DNA from: Gemmatimonadota bacterium
GTDB lineage: Bacteria; JAAXHH01
Length of the DNA stretch: 64,000 bases
Assembly: GCA_009837395.1 (NCBI GenBank)
Contig: VXTP01000030.1
Span: 19,211 to 83,210 of the forward strand
Direction of reading: 5' to 3'
The number at the start of each line of letters is the position of its first letter. Within the stretch, counting starts at the first letter, position 1. This document shows, in pieces, positions 19,319 through 27,914 of this stretch. The notes under the pieces are model-generated. The model had not been told where the DNA came from and made no database searches. It saw only the letters and a program-made list of their open reading frames with translations. The translations under genes and the position numbers were made by a program.

Positions 19319-20350
19319 TCAGCTCATCGAAACGACGCGGCCGGTTTCCAGGGATTCCGTTGCGGCGTCCAGTACCTTCATCAGCGCCAGCATCTCGTGG
19401 GGCTGGATGGCCAGTTCGGCGCCGTCGGCCAGCACGGCCGCGATGTTCCGGTAGTAGTCCTCCCAACTGCCTTTCACCGGATCCAGGATCATCTCCTCTA
19501 CCGACCCGTCCCGCTCCGCCGCCACCCGGACACGGTCTTCGGGTGCCTCCACCGCGTCCTCGATCCTGCCCTTCTTCATCCAGTCCTCCTGGGGATCGAG
19601 TCCTGTCTTTACGAGGGATCCCCGGGTACCCAGCACGTACCAGTGGGGCTTGGATATATGCGACAGATTGCTGATTTCCATCCGGTACTCGGCACCCGTT
19701 TCGAAATAAAGCGTGCAGTTGACATGATCTTCTATGTCCCCTTCCCACACGCGTTTGTGGCCTTTGCAGTGGACTGCCGCGGGGCGGCCGGCCAGCAGTT
19801 GCAGGCCCTGGTCGACCAGGTGGGCGCCCCAGTCGTAAAGCAGGCCGCCGCTGTCCGCCCGGCTTGTCCGCCAGCCCCTGGATGCCCGGAACCGGTGCAC
19901 CGCCCTTTCGACCAGGAAGGGATCACCAAGCAGACCATCCTCTATTGCCTTGCGCACGGTCAGATAGCCCCAGTCCCAGCGGCGGTTGTGGAAGACGCTC
20001 AGCATGACCCCGCGCCGCCGGCTGACCGCGATCATTTCCTCGGCTTCGGCGGCCGACATGCACATGACCTTGTCGACGACCACGTGTCTTCCGGCCTCCA
20101 TGGCCTCAATGGCCAGGGACGCGTGGGTATGGTGAGGCGTGGCCAGAATAACCAACCGGATGCCGTCGTCCGCAAGGAGATCGGTCAGCGTCTCATGAGT
20201 ATCCACGGACCAGTCCCGACGCGCCTGCGCACGGCGTTCCGGGTCCCGGCTGGCAACGGCAGTGAGTTGCAGCCCCTCGGTCCGCGAAACCAGGTAGGCG
20301 TGAAAAAGCCGTCCCGCCAGTCCGTAGCCCACGATGCCCGTTTGTATCAT
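19319..20350 (-). CDS. Gfo/Idh/MocA family oxidoreductase
   Basis: MIQTGIVGYGLAGRLFH plus a C-terminal alpha/beta dimerization domain fit the family. I used the internal ATG at 20350. Confidence 0.85.
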   Translation of the reverse strand: MIQTGIVGYGLAGRLFHAYLVSRTEGLQLTAVASRDPERRAQARRDWSVDTHETLTDLLADDGIRLVILATPHHTHASLAIEAMEAGRHVVVDKVMCMSAAEAEEMIAVSRRRGVMLSVFHNRRWDWGYLTVRKAIEDGLLGDPFLVERAVHRFRASRGWRTSRADSGGLLYDWGAHLVDQGLQLLAGRPAAVHCKGHKRVWEGDIEDHVNCTLYFETGAEYRMEISNLSHISKPHWYVLGTRGSLVKTGLDPQEDWMKKGRIEDAVEAPEDRVRVAAERDGSVEEMILDPVKGSWEDYYRNIAAVLADGAELAIQPHEMLALMKVLDAATESLETGRVVSMS

Positions 20351-20464
20351 GACGATTCCCCACTGCCATACACACGCCCACGCCCGCATCCGCGTCCTCC
20401 GCCCCGCCGGTTATGCGGGGGACAATATACGGGATGGGCCGGATGCATGGCAAACGCGAATTGG

Positions 20465-20492
20465 GTGGACTATAATGTCCGTGACAATCCAC
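20465..20492. promoter_or_regulatory. TATAAT hexamer embedded in inverted repeat (GTGGAC-TATAAT-GTCC..ATCCAC); candidate -10 plus operator for sulfatase gene
   Basis: The sequence gtggactataatgtccgtgacaatccac lies about 90 nt upstream of the sulfatase ATG at 20581. Confidence 0.3.
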
Positions 20493-20580
20493 CGGCGGCT
20501 CACTAATTTGCCGTTTCGACCGTCTTTAGGCCGCACCTTCCGATCTCACACCGGGTAACTACCCGATCCCGAGGCCCATC

Positions 20581-22032
20581 ATGGCCACATCGCGACCGAA
20601 CGTGCTCTGCATCCTCACCGACGACCAGGGCGTCTGGGCGGCGGGTTGTTACGGCAACGGGGAAATCCGCACGCCGAGCATCGACCGGATCGCGGAGACC
20701 GGGGTTCGCTTCGATCGTTTCTTCGTGGCTACGCCCGTCTGCTCCCCCAGCCGCGCGACGCTGCTTACCGGCCGCATCCCCTCCCAGCATGGCGTGCACG
20801 ACTGGATCAAGGGAGGCAATGTCGGCGAGGGCGCTGCTTCCTACCTCGAAGGAGAAACGGCGTATACCGATGTGCTCGCGGCCCACGGCTGGCGATGCGG
20901 CCTCAGTGGCAAGTGGCACCTGGGCAACAGCACCCTGCCCCAGCACGGGTTCTCCCACTGGTTCACCCACCAGTTCGGCGGCGGCCCCTACAATGATGCG
21001 CCCATGGTCCGGAACGGCGTCCCGGTCACCGAGCCGGGGTACGTCACGAACGTCATTACCGACGATGCGCTGGCCTTCATCGACCGCCACGCCAACCAGG
21101 ATGATCCGTTCTACCTGGGCGTCCACTACACCGCGCCGCACAGTCCGTGGACCGGACATCCGCAGGATATCGTCGATTCCTACGACGGCTGCCCTTTCGT
21201 TTCCTGCCCCCAGGAACCCATACACCCCTGGGCGGGCGGCCTGACCCGCGAATGCATGGGTAACCGGGAAAGCCTGCAGGGCTACTTCGCGGCCGTCACG
21301 GCCATGGACCTCGACGTCGGCCGGTTACTCGACCGGCTCGATCATCACGGCATCCGCGAAGACACCCTGGTGGTCTTCCTGAGCGACAACGGTTTCAGCC
21401 TGGGGCACCACGGGTTCTGGGGCAAGGGCAACGGAACCAGCCCGTTGAACATGTACGAGAACTCCATCCTGGTGCCTGCGATTGTCAGCCAGCCCGGACG
21501 CCTGCCCGAAGGCGCCGTGCAGCCGGCGATGATCAGCGCCTACGATTTCATGCCCACGCTCCTGTCCTACCTGGATCTGCCCGTGCCCTGGGACCGCAAC
21601 CTGCCGGGGCGTAATGCCCTGGACGCCTGGATGTGCGGGGCGGCACGGCAAGCTCGGACGGACCAGGAAGACCAGCCAGCCAGGGGCAACGCGTCCGACG
21701 CCGGCCGGGACCACGTCGTGGTATTCGACGAATACGGCGGCACGCGCATGATCCGCACCGAATCGTGGAAATACATACACCGGTATCCCGACGGACCCGA
21801 CGAACTGTACGACCTGGAAAACGATCCCGACGAACGGGCGAATCTCGCGGACGATGCCGGTTATGCCGACAGGCGCCGGTCGCTCCGCGGCGAGTTGGAG
21901 GGCTGGTTCGAACGTTATGCCGACCCGGACCGGGACGGCCGCACCAGGCCGGTCTCCGGCGCCGGCCAACTGCGACCCGTGGGCGGCGCGTGGGATGACG
22001 ACTCGCCGGATTTCGAACAACTGAAATCGTGA
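20581..22032 (+). CDS. sulfatase (formylglycine-dependent, CSPSR motif), no signal peptide
   Basis: It has the LCILTDDQG..TPVCSPSRATLLTGR catalytic core and a C-terminal sulfatase domain. It is 483 aa. Confidence 0.9.
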   Translation: MATSRPNVLCILTDDQGVWAAGCYGNGEIRTPSIDRIAETGVRFDRFFVATPVCSPSRATLLTGRIPSQHGVHDWIKGGNVGEGAASYLEGETAYTDVLAAHGWRCGLSGKWHLGNSTLPQHGFSHWFTHQFGGGPYNDAPMVRNGVPVTEPGYVTNVITDDALAFIDRHANQDDPFYLGVHYTAPHSPWTGHPQDIVDSYDGCPFVSCPQEPIHPWAGGLTRECMGNRESLQGYFAAVTAMDLDVGRLLDRLDHHGIREDTLVVFLSDNGFSLGHHGFWGKGNGTSPLNMYENSILVPAIVSQPGRLPEGAVQPAMISAYDFMPTLLSYLDLPVPWDRNLPGRNALDAWMCGAARQARTDQEDQPARGNASDAGRDHVVVFDEYGGTRMIRTESWKYIHRYPDGPDELYDLENDPDERANLADDAGYADRRRSLRGELEGWFERYADPDRDGRTRPVSGAGQLRPVGGAWDDDSPDFEQLKS

Positions 22033-22043
22033 AGGAGAACTCG

Positions 22044-22805
22044 ATGGCTGACACCAAAATCGCCGTTACGCTCTATACGTTGCGCGACTTCGTGCAGACG
22101 CCGGCCGACATCGCGGACACCCTGAAGAAAGTAAAGTCCATCGGTTATGATCATATTCAGCTTTCGGCCCTCGGTCCCGTCGATCCCGCGGAACTCGGCA
22201 GCATGATCCGTGACGCGGGACTGAAGGTCTGCGCCACGCACGTGCCCTTCGAACGCCTGCAGGATGAACCGAACAGCGTGATCGAGGAGCACCACCTCTG
22301 GGGATGCGAGCATATCGCCGTCGGGTCCATGCCGCGGTCCTACTGGGACGACCCGGACGGGTTCTCCCGGTTCGCGGCGGACGCGTCGGTCGTGGCGCTC
22401 AGGCTGAAAAAAGCCGGCATGTCCTTCAGCTATCACAATCACCATACGGAACTCGTGCGAGTCGGCGACCGGACGGGCCTGGCCATCCTGGTGGAGAAGA
22501 GCGATCCCGCCCTGTGCTTCGAGATCGACACCTACTGGATCCAGTACGGCGGGGGTGATCCGATCCACTGGATCGAACGGGTAAGCAACCGGTGCCCGGT
22601 CATCCACTTCAAGGACCTGGGCGTGTCGGGCAGGGAGCAGGTGATGGCCGAGATCGGCGAGGGGAACATGAACTGGTCCGGCATCGTCGCCGCCTGCGAG
22701 ACCGCCGGGGCCCAGTGGTACGTGGTCGAGCAGGATACCTGCGCCGGTAATCCCTTCGACAGCATCGCCATCAGCTATCGCAACATGAACGCCATGGGAC
22801 TTTGA
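22044..22805 (+). CDS. sugar phosphate isomerase/epimerase (xylose isomerase-like TIM barrel)
   Basis: It has AP-endonuclease-2/TIM-barrel motifs (EHIAVGS, HNHH, EIDTYW). I chose the ATG at 22044, which has a GAAGGAG ribosome-binding site 6 nt upstream. The track starts at the GTG at 22029. Confidence 0.8.
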   Translation: MADTKIAVTLYTLRDFVQTPADIADTLKKVKSIGYDHIQLSALGPVDPAELGSMIRDAGLKVCATHVPFERLQDEPNSVIEEHHLWGCEHIAVGSMPRSYWDDPDGFSRFAADASVVALRLKKAGMSFSYHNHHTELVRVGDRTGLAILVEKSDPALCFEIDTYWIQYGGGDPIHWIERVSNRCPVIHFKDLGVSGREQVMAEIGEGNMNWSGIVAACETAGAQWYVVEQDTCAGNPFDSIAISYRNMNAMGL

Positions 22806-22845
22806 AGATCCTTCCGGTCACCACGTATACCGATACGAGGACAAC

Positions 22846-23625
22846 ATGATCGACCTTTCAGGCAAGACGGCGCTGATCAGCGGTTCCTCCCGCGGAATCG
22901 GCAAAGGGATCGCACTGGAAATGGCCCGCGCCGGGGCGGACGTCGCCGTCAACTACTTCCGACACCGGGACGACGGCGAGGCCGTAGCGGACGAAATCCG
23001 CGCCATGGGGCGGCGGGCGGTCGTCATCGGCGCGGACGCGTCGGACCGGTCCGCCGTGGACGAGATGGTGGAACAGACCGCCGAGGATCTCGGCGGGCCC
23101 GATATCGTCGTGGCCAATGCCTACTATTCCACGCGGGAGCCCTTTCTCGAGATGGACGTGGATGAACTGCGGAAAACCTACGATGTCAGCCTCTTCGGCG
23201 CCTTCCACGTCGCCCAGGCCGGTGCCCGGAAGATGGCGGCCGGAGGGAAGGGCGGCAGCATCCTCTTCATCAGTTCGGTCATGTCCTTCCTGCCTTTCCC
23301 TACGTCGCTCGCCTACTCTTCGGCCAAGGCCGGCATGAACCACATGGCGGCCATCATCGCCCTGGAGCTGCTGGAGCACCGCATCCGCGTGAACGTGATC
23401 GAACCCGGGTGGACCGACACGCCCGGCGAGCGCCAGTACTCCACGGAGCAGGAACTCGAGGAGGGCGGCAGGCGGCTTCCCTGGGGCCGGATGGGCACCA
23501 TCGAGGACCTGGGCAAGGCCGCCACCTTTCTTTGTTCCGACGCCGCGGACTACATCACCGGAGAAGTCCTGCGCGTAGACGGTGGATTCTGGCTGAAGCG
23601 CGGCACGGCCTCCATCAAGGAGTGA
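22846..23625 (+). CDS. SDR family oxidoreductase (FabG-like)
   Basis: It carries GSSRGIGKG, NAY, S..YSSAK motifs and is 259 aa. Confidence 0.85.
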   Translation: MIDLSGKTALISGSSRGIGKGIALEMARAGADVAVNYFRHRDDGEAVADEIRAMGRRAVVIGADASDRSAVDEMVEQTAEDLGGPDIVVANAYYSTREPFLEMDVDELRKTYDVSLFGAFHVAQAGARKMAAGGKGGSILFISSVMSFLPFPTSLAYSSAKAGMNHMAAIIALELLEHRIRVNVIEPGWTDTPGERQYSTEQELEEGGRRLPWGRMGTIEDLGKAATFLCSDAADYITGEVLRVDGGFWLKRGTASIKE

Positions 23626-23680
23626 ATTCCCGCGCGACCGGGCTGGATCACTCGGGCCAACCCCCCGACAGGGCCGGGAC

Positions 23681-23730
23681 AGTCCATGTCAGACCATGCC
23701 AGACCAGGCTAGACCAGGCATGACCAAGCT
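23681..23730. repeat. 10-bp tandem repeat x5 (AGACCAGGCN) covering candidate start codons of large membrane protein A
   Basis: The units are agtccatgtc, agaccatgcc, agaccaggct, agaccaggca and tgaccaagct. In-frame ATGs at 23696 and 23720 lie in the units. Confidence 0.8.
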
Positions 23731-25669
23731 GACCACGAAACCCATATCCCTTAAAACCGCCGGCCTGGGTCTGGCCTTCGCCTGTTTCGTCGCCTTCTGG
23801 GGACAGCACGCCTCCGCACAGCTGAACTACAACTATCTGACCTTCCCCCAGATGCCGCTGTGCCTGGTCATTCCCTTCGTCTTCCTGGTCCTTCTTCCGA
23901 ACGTACTGATCCGCGCCATAAACCGGGACGCCGCGCTCACGAGGCCGGAACTCCTGGTCATCTTCGCCATGGGGATGATCGCGGCCATGGTCCCCGACTG
24001 GGGCATGGTCCGCTATCTCATCAGCGTCATCACCGCGCCGCACTACTTCGCCAGCCCGGAGAACCAGTGGGAGGCGCACTTCTTCGCCTACCTGCCGGAA
24101 TGGGCGGTCATTCCCAATGACAAGGGGCAGGTTTCCGATTTCTTCGCGGGACGGCCATCCGGTCTGCCCATACCCTGGCAGGACTGGGTCATCCCACACT
24201 TCTGGTGGATGTCGGCCCTGGGCGCGCTGCTCTTCATCGGCGCCTGCCTGGTCGTGATCTTCCGGAAGCAGTGGGTGGAACACGAACGGCTTCAGTTTCC
24301 CATGGGCGAGGTGGTGCTCCGCCTGCTCGAGGCCGAACAAGGCGCATCCGGGCAGTCCGGGAGGTGGCCGGCCCTCTTCGGTAACCGGCTTTTCCAGGTC
24401 GGCTTCGCAGCCAGCCTGGCCGTCATGACCTGGAACATCATCGGCTTCTGGGGCGTGCTGCCCCACATCCCCCTTCCCGGTCCGGTATACAACGTGGTCA
24501 TCGACCCGGCCTACCCGCCCATCGCCATCCGGCTCGTGCCCTACGTGCTGTGTTTCGCCTTCTTCGTCAATGTCGAGATCCTCTTCAGCGTCTGGTTCTT
24601 CCAGGTGCTGGGCATTCTGGAAACCGGCCTGCTCAACCGTTTCGGCGTGGTTTCGCCTGCCGAGACGATCGTGCCCCGCGGCCTGGTGGCCATCCAGTTC
24701 TGCGGCGGACTGATCATGTTCGCCCTGATCAGCGTCTGGATGGCCCGGAAACATATCCGAAACGTCCTTCGAAAGTCCCTCGGCAGGGAAAGCGACCTGC
24801 GCGACGAAAATGAAATGTTCTCCTACCGCACGGCGGTCATCGGCCTGGTACTGGGTCTGCTCTTCATGACCGCCTGGCTGCACGCCATCGGGTTCTCCGT
24901 CCCCGTCGCCCTGCTCTTCCTGTTCCTCCTGCTGGTGTTCTATTTCGGTATCGCGCGCATCCTCGCCGAAGCGGGCCTGATCAACCTCGATCTGCCGATC
25001 AACGCCCATGCCTTCACGGTGGGGATGGTGGGCTCGGCCAACCTGTCGGGGTCGACGCTGACCGGTCTCGGACTGACCAACGCCTTCGCGCGGAACTGGC
25101 GGACCTTTACGATGGTCGGGCTTTCACACGTCGCCTTCTGGCGGAACTATCTCGGGGAGAACCGCGGACGGCTGTTCCTGCTCGTGATGCTCGCGTTCGT
25201 CTGCGGGACGGCGATTTCGACGGGGTACGTCGTCTACTCAGGTTACGCGGAGGGGGCGGACAACCTGCATATCAACCTGCGCAACACGGGGAACCTGTTC
25301 TTTGACCTGGTAGTGAAGTGGATGAAGAACGCCACGCAGGTCACCGCCCTCGAAATCCTGTTTCTAACGGTCGGCATGGCCGTAAGCAGCCTGCTGGCCC
25401 TGGGCCGGTACCTCTTCTACTGGTGGCCGCTCAATCCCATCGGGTTCGCCATCGGGGCCTCGGCGCCCATACGGGGGCTCACCTTCACCCTCTTCGTCGC
25501 CTGGCTCGTTCAGGTCATCCTGCTCCGCATCGGCGGCGTAAGGCTGTACCGGAAAGCGCAACCGCTGTTCCTGGGCATCCTCGTCGGATACGTAGTCGGG
25601 GTCCTGGCCGCCTACATCGTCGATACGATTTACTTCCCGGACACGCCGCACATCACCGAGATCTTCTAG
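23696..25669 (+). CDS. large polytopic membrane protein A, unknown family (paralog of 25676..27634)
   Basis: The product is about 650 aa with at least 14 hydrophobic helices. Conserved blocks shared with the convergent paralog include QWVEHERLQFP, the region around NVEILFSVWFFQ and a C-terminal YFPDTPHITEIF. The start may be the ATG at 23720 (MTKLTT). Confidence 0.75.
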   Translation: MPDQARPGMTKLTTKPISLKTAGLGLAFACFVAFWGQHASAQLNYNYLTFPQMPLCLVIPFVFLVLLPNVLIRAINRDAALTRPELLVIFAMGMIAAMVPDWGMVRYLISVITAPHYFASPENQWEAHFFAYLPEWAVIPNDKGQVSDFFAGRPSGLPIPWQDWVIPHFWWMSALGALLFIGACLVVIFRKQWVEHERLQFPMGEVVLRLLEAEQGASGQSGRWPALFGNRLFQVGFAASLAVMTWNIIGFWGVLPHIPLPGPVYNVVIDPAYPPIAIRLVPYVLCFAFFVNVEILFSVWFFQVLGILETGLLNRFGVVSPAETIVPRGLVAIQFCGGLIMFALISVWMARKHIRNVLRKSLGRESDLRDENEMFSYRTAVIGLVLGLLFMTAWLHAIGFSVPVALLFLFLLLVFYFGIARILAEAGLINLDLPINAHAFTVGMVGSANLSGSTLTGLGLTNAFARNWRTFTMVGLSHVAFWRNYLGENRGRLFLLVMLAFVCGTAISTGYVVYSGYAEGADNLHINLRNTGNLFFDLVVKWMKNATQVTALEILFLTVGMAVSSLLALGRYLFYWWPLNPIGFAIGASAPIRGLTFTLFVAWLVQVILLRIGGVRLYRKAQPLFLGILVGYVVGVLAAYIVDTIYFPDTPHITEIF

Positions 25670-25675
25670 GCCGAC

Positions 25676-27634
25676 CTACCAGTTGTGCACGTTGTGTCCC
25701 TGGCCAGGGAACCAGATGACATCGACGACCAGGGAGAGGGTCACGCCCGCCGCGTAACCCAGCAGCACGCCGATCACCGCCGGCTGCATCCTCCGGTACA
25801 TTTCGAATCCGCCCAGGTGCAGCAGCAGCACCTTGATCAGCCAGATCGTGAAGATCGACGTGATTTCGATGTTTATGATGTCCGCGTAGGCCACGACGTA
25901 GCCTATGGGATGGAAGGGCCAGCCCGGGAAACGGTACTGCATGAACAGGAGACCCGTGGTAATCCCGGCGCCCAGGAAAAGGAAGTAGATCTCTTCGTAG
26001 GACAGGGTATAGGGATTGTTGAACCACGTGGCCAGTTGGTCGTAGAACCCCTCGGCCCGGAGCGGCGCGAAATCATGGGCGCCCGTCCCCGATGCCCCGG
26101 CGTAGATCGTATAGCCGTTCGTGACGATGAAGGTCAGTACCAGCACCACCCCCACCGCGGCGAACAGGCCCTTCCTGGACCGGGTAAACCCCTCGGAGAC
26201 CTTCAGGCCGTGTATCAGTGAATAAAGTCCGATGCCCCGGTGGTTGTGAGAGATGGCGTGGGTGAGTCCCAGGGCCGTGAGATTCGAGGGCGAGAGGTTG
26301 GTCGATCCGATGACGCCCACTGTCATTTCGTTCGAATTGACGGGAAGGTCGAGAAAGACCAGCCCGGTCTCGGCGACGATGCGGGTGACGCCGATGTACA
26401 GCGCCAGGGTGATCGCGAGGAATAGGACCGCCACGTCCACCGACATGCCCATGCGGTTCAGCCAGAACAGCAGGTAGCCCAGCCCGCCCGCCAGTCCAAG
26501 CAATGCCGTCCGGTAGGACAGCAATTCCCTGGAATCGTCGAGTTCCGGCGCCCGGCCCAAAGCCTTTCGCCACACGGCCCTCAGGTGATGTCTTCCGATC
26601 CACAGGCCCCACAGCACGAATACCCAGAACCCGCCGAAGTGCTGGGTCTTTACGATGAACTGGGACCCGCCCGCCATGCCGGACGCCGATACGCCCAGCT
26701 GGTTGAGCAGGCTGATTTCCAGCAGTGCGATGAGGTGGAAGAACCAGATGCTGAAGAGCACCTTGAGGTCGGCGAAGTAGGCGAAGCACATCATGAAGAT
26801 GTTGAACTGCACCTGGGTCTCGGGAACGGATTGCGCCAGCTGGATCTGCGTTCGGAAGGGCGCACCGACGGGTATGGCCGGTACGTGTCCGAAATAGGCC
26901 AGGCAGTTCCAGGCCAGCAGGGCGAATGTGAGCCCGAATCCCACCTGGAAGTACCGGTTCGTCATGAACGCCGGCACCAGACCGCCCCGGGTCGTTCCCT
27001 CGATGAGCATCGAAGGTATCTGTACCGCGGGAAAGGACAGCCGCTCGTGTTCGACCCATTGCCGACGGAAAACCACCGCAGTGCAGGCCATGACCAGGAA
27101 CAGTGCCGCCAGCATACACATCCACCAGAAGAGGGGAACGATCCAGTCGAGCCACAGCAGGACGCTCTGGCCGGCGCCTTCGTAGAACCCCGTCGCGGCC
27201 CCGAGGTCGTCCCGGACGACCAGCCAGCCAGGCAGATGGGGGAAGAAAGTATCCGCCCACCGGTTCTCCGGCGTGGCGTAGTAGAAGGGCGACGCCAGGA
27301 TGCCGACGAAGTAGTCCACAAAGGCCTTGCCGGGTATCGTCGACGAGACCAGGCAGAAGACGAAGAGCACGGCCAGTTCACCCACCGAAAACGCCCGTTC
27401 GGGCCGCCACCTGCGCAGGGGAATCTGCATGCAGAAGATCACGGCGAGGAAGGAAACCAGCGCCGCGACCGGGAGATGGCTCAGGGTGAGCCTCGGGCCG
27501 TGCATGACGTAATTGGTGTGGGGCGTCCAGATCGCGATGAACACGGCGAGCGCGCTGCCCAGGATGAGCACCCTGGGGGTCAGGCCGTTCACGGTTTGGG
27601 TGGAGGGTGATACCTGATTCGAGTCGGTCGACAT
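25676..27634 (-). CDS. large polytopic membrane protein B, unknown family (paralog of 23696..25669)
   Basis: The 652-aa product shares blocks with protein A (RQWVEHERLSFP, KVLFSIWFFH, C-terminal WFPGQGHNVHNW). The two are convergent, with stops 6 nt apart. Confidence 0.75.
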   Translation of the reverse strand: MSTDSNQVSPSTQTVNGLTPRVLILGSALAVFIAIWTPHTNYVMHGPRLTLSHLPVAALVSFLAVIFCMQIPLRRWRPERAFSVGELAVLFVFCLVSSTIPGKAFVDYFVGILASPFYYATPENRWADTFFPHLPGWLVVRDDLGAATGFYEGAGQSVLLWLDWIVPLFWWMCMLAALFLVMACTAVVFRRQWVEHERLSFPAVQIPSMLIEGTTRGGLVPAFMTNRYFQVGFGLTFALLAWNCLAYFGHVPAIPVGAPFRTQIQLAQSVPETQVQFNIFMMCFAYFADLKVLFSIWFFHLIALLEISLLNQLGVSASGMAGGSQFIVKTQHFGGFWVFVLWGLWIGRHHLRAVWRKALGRAPELDDSRELLSYRTALLGLAGGLGYLLFWLNRMGMSVDVAVLFLAITLALYIGVTRIVAETGLVFLDLPVNSNEMTVGVIGSTNLSPSNLTALGLTHAISHNHRGIGLYSLIHGLKVSEGFTRSRKGLFAAVGVVLVLTFIVTNGYTIYAGASGTGAHDFAPLRAEGFYDQLATWFNNPYTLSYEEIYFLFLGAGITTGLLFMQYRFPGWPFHPIGYVVAYADIINIEITSIFTIWLIKVLLLHLGGFEMYRRMQPAVIGVLLGYAAGVTLSLVVDVIWFPGQGHNVHNW

Positions 27635-27669
27635 CTGGGGACGTTGATTCCAAATCTGCGGGGTGAATC

Positions 27670-27684
27670 GGTACGCATGGCGTA
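27670..27684. promoter_or_regulatory. perfect palindrome GTACGC-ATG-GCGTAC in divergent intergenic region
   Basis: The sequence gtacgcatggcgtac lies between membrane protein B (start 27634, minus) and sdhC. Confidence 0.3.
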
Positions 27685-27781
27685 CTGGCTCGGCGTCGCG
27701 AATACGGGTTTACAATATATCCCCGGAACTCCGGTTTCGGCTATTGTTTTATGCGGGAATATGCGGTCGAAAACCGCCGGG

Positions 27782-27820
27782 ACGGGTCTCGCGGCCATGG
27801 CATGCAGACCCGTTTTTTTC
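27782..27820 (+). terminator. orphan Rho-independent terminator (8-bp GC stem ACGGGTCT/AGACCCGT, 16-nt loop, T7 tract) with no upstream plus-strand gene
   Basis: The left arm is at 27782-27789 and the right arm at 27806-27813, followed by ttttttt at 27813-27819. It lies about 95 nt upstream of the sdhC ATG. Confidence 0.5.
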
Positions 27821-27914
27821 TATTGCCTTGCGGCCGCTCATCATCTAATTTGCGCTAATGTGTTTTGTCTGTGAAATCCAGCCGATTCACGATCTGGTTT
27901 CAAGAGGATAACCT

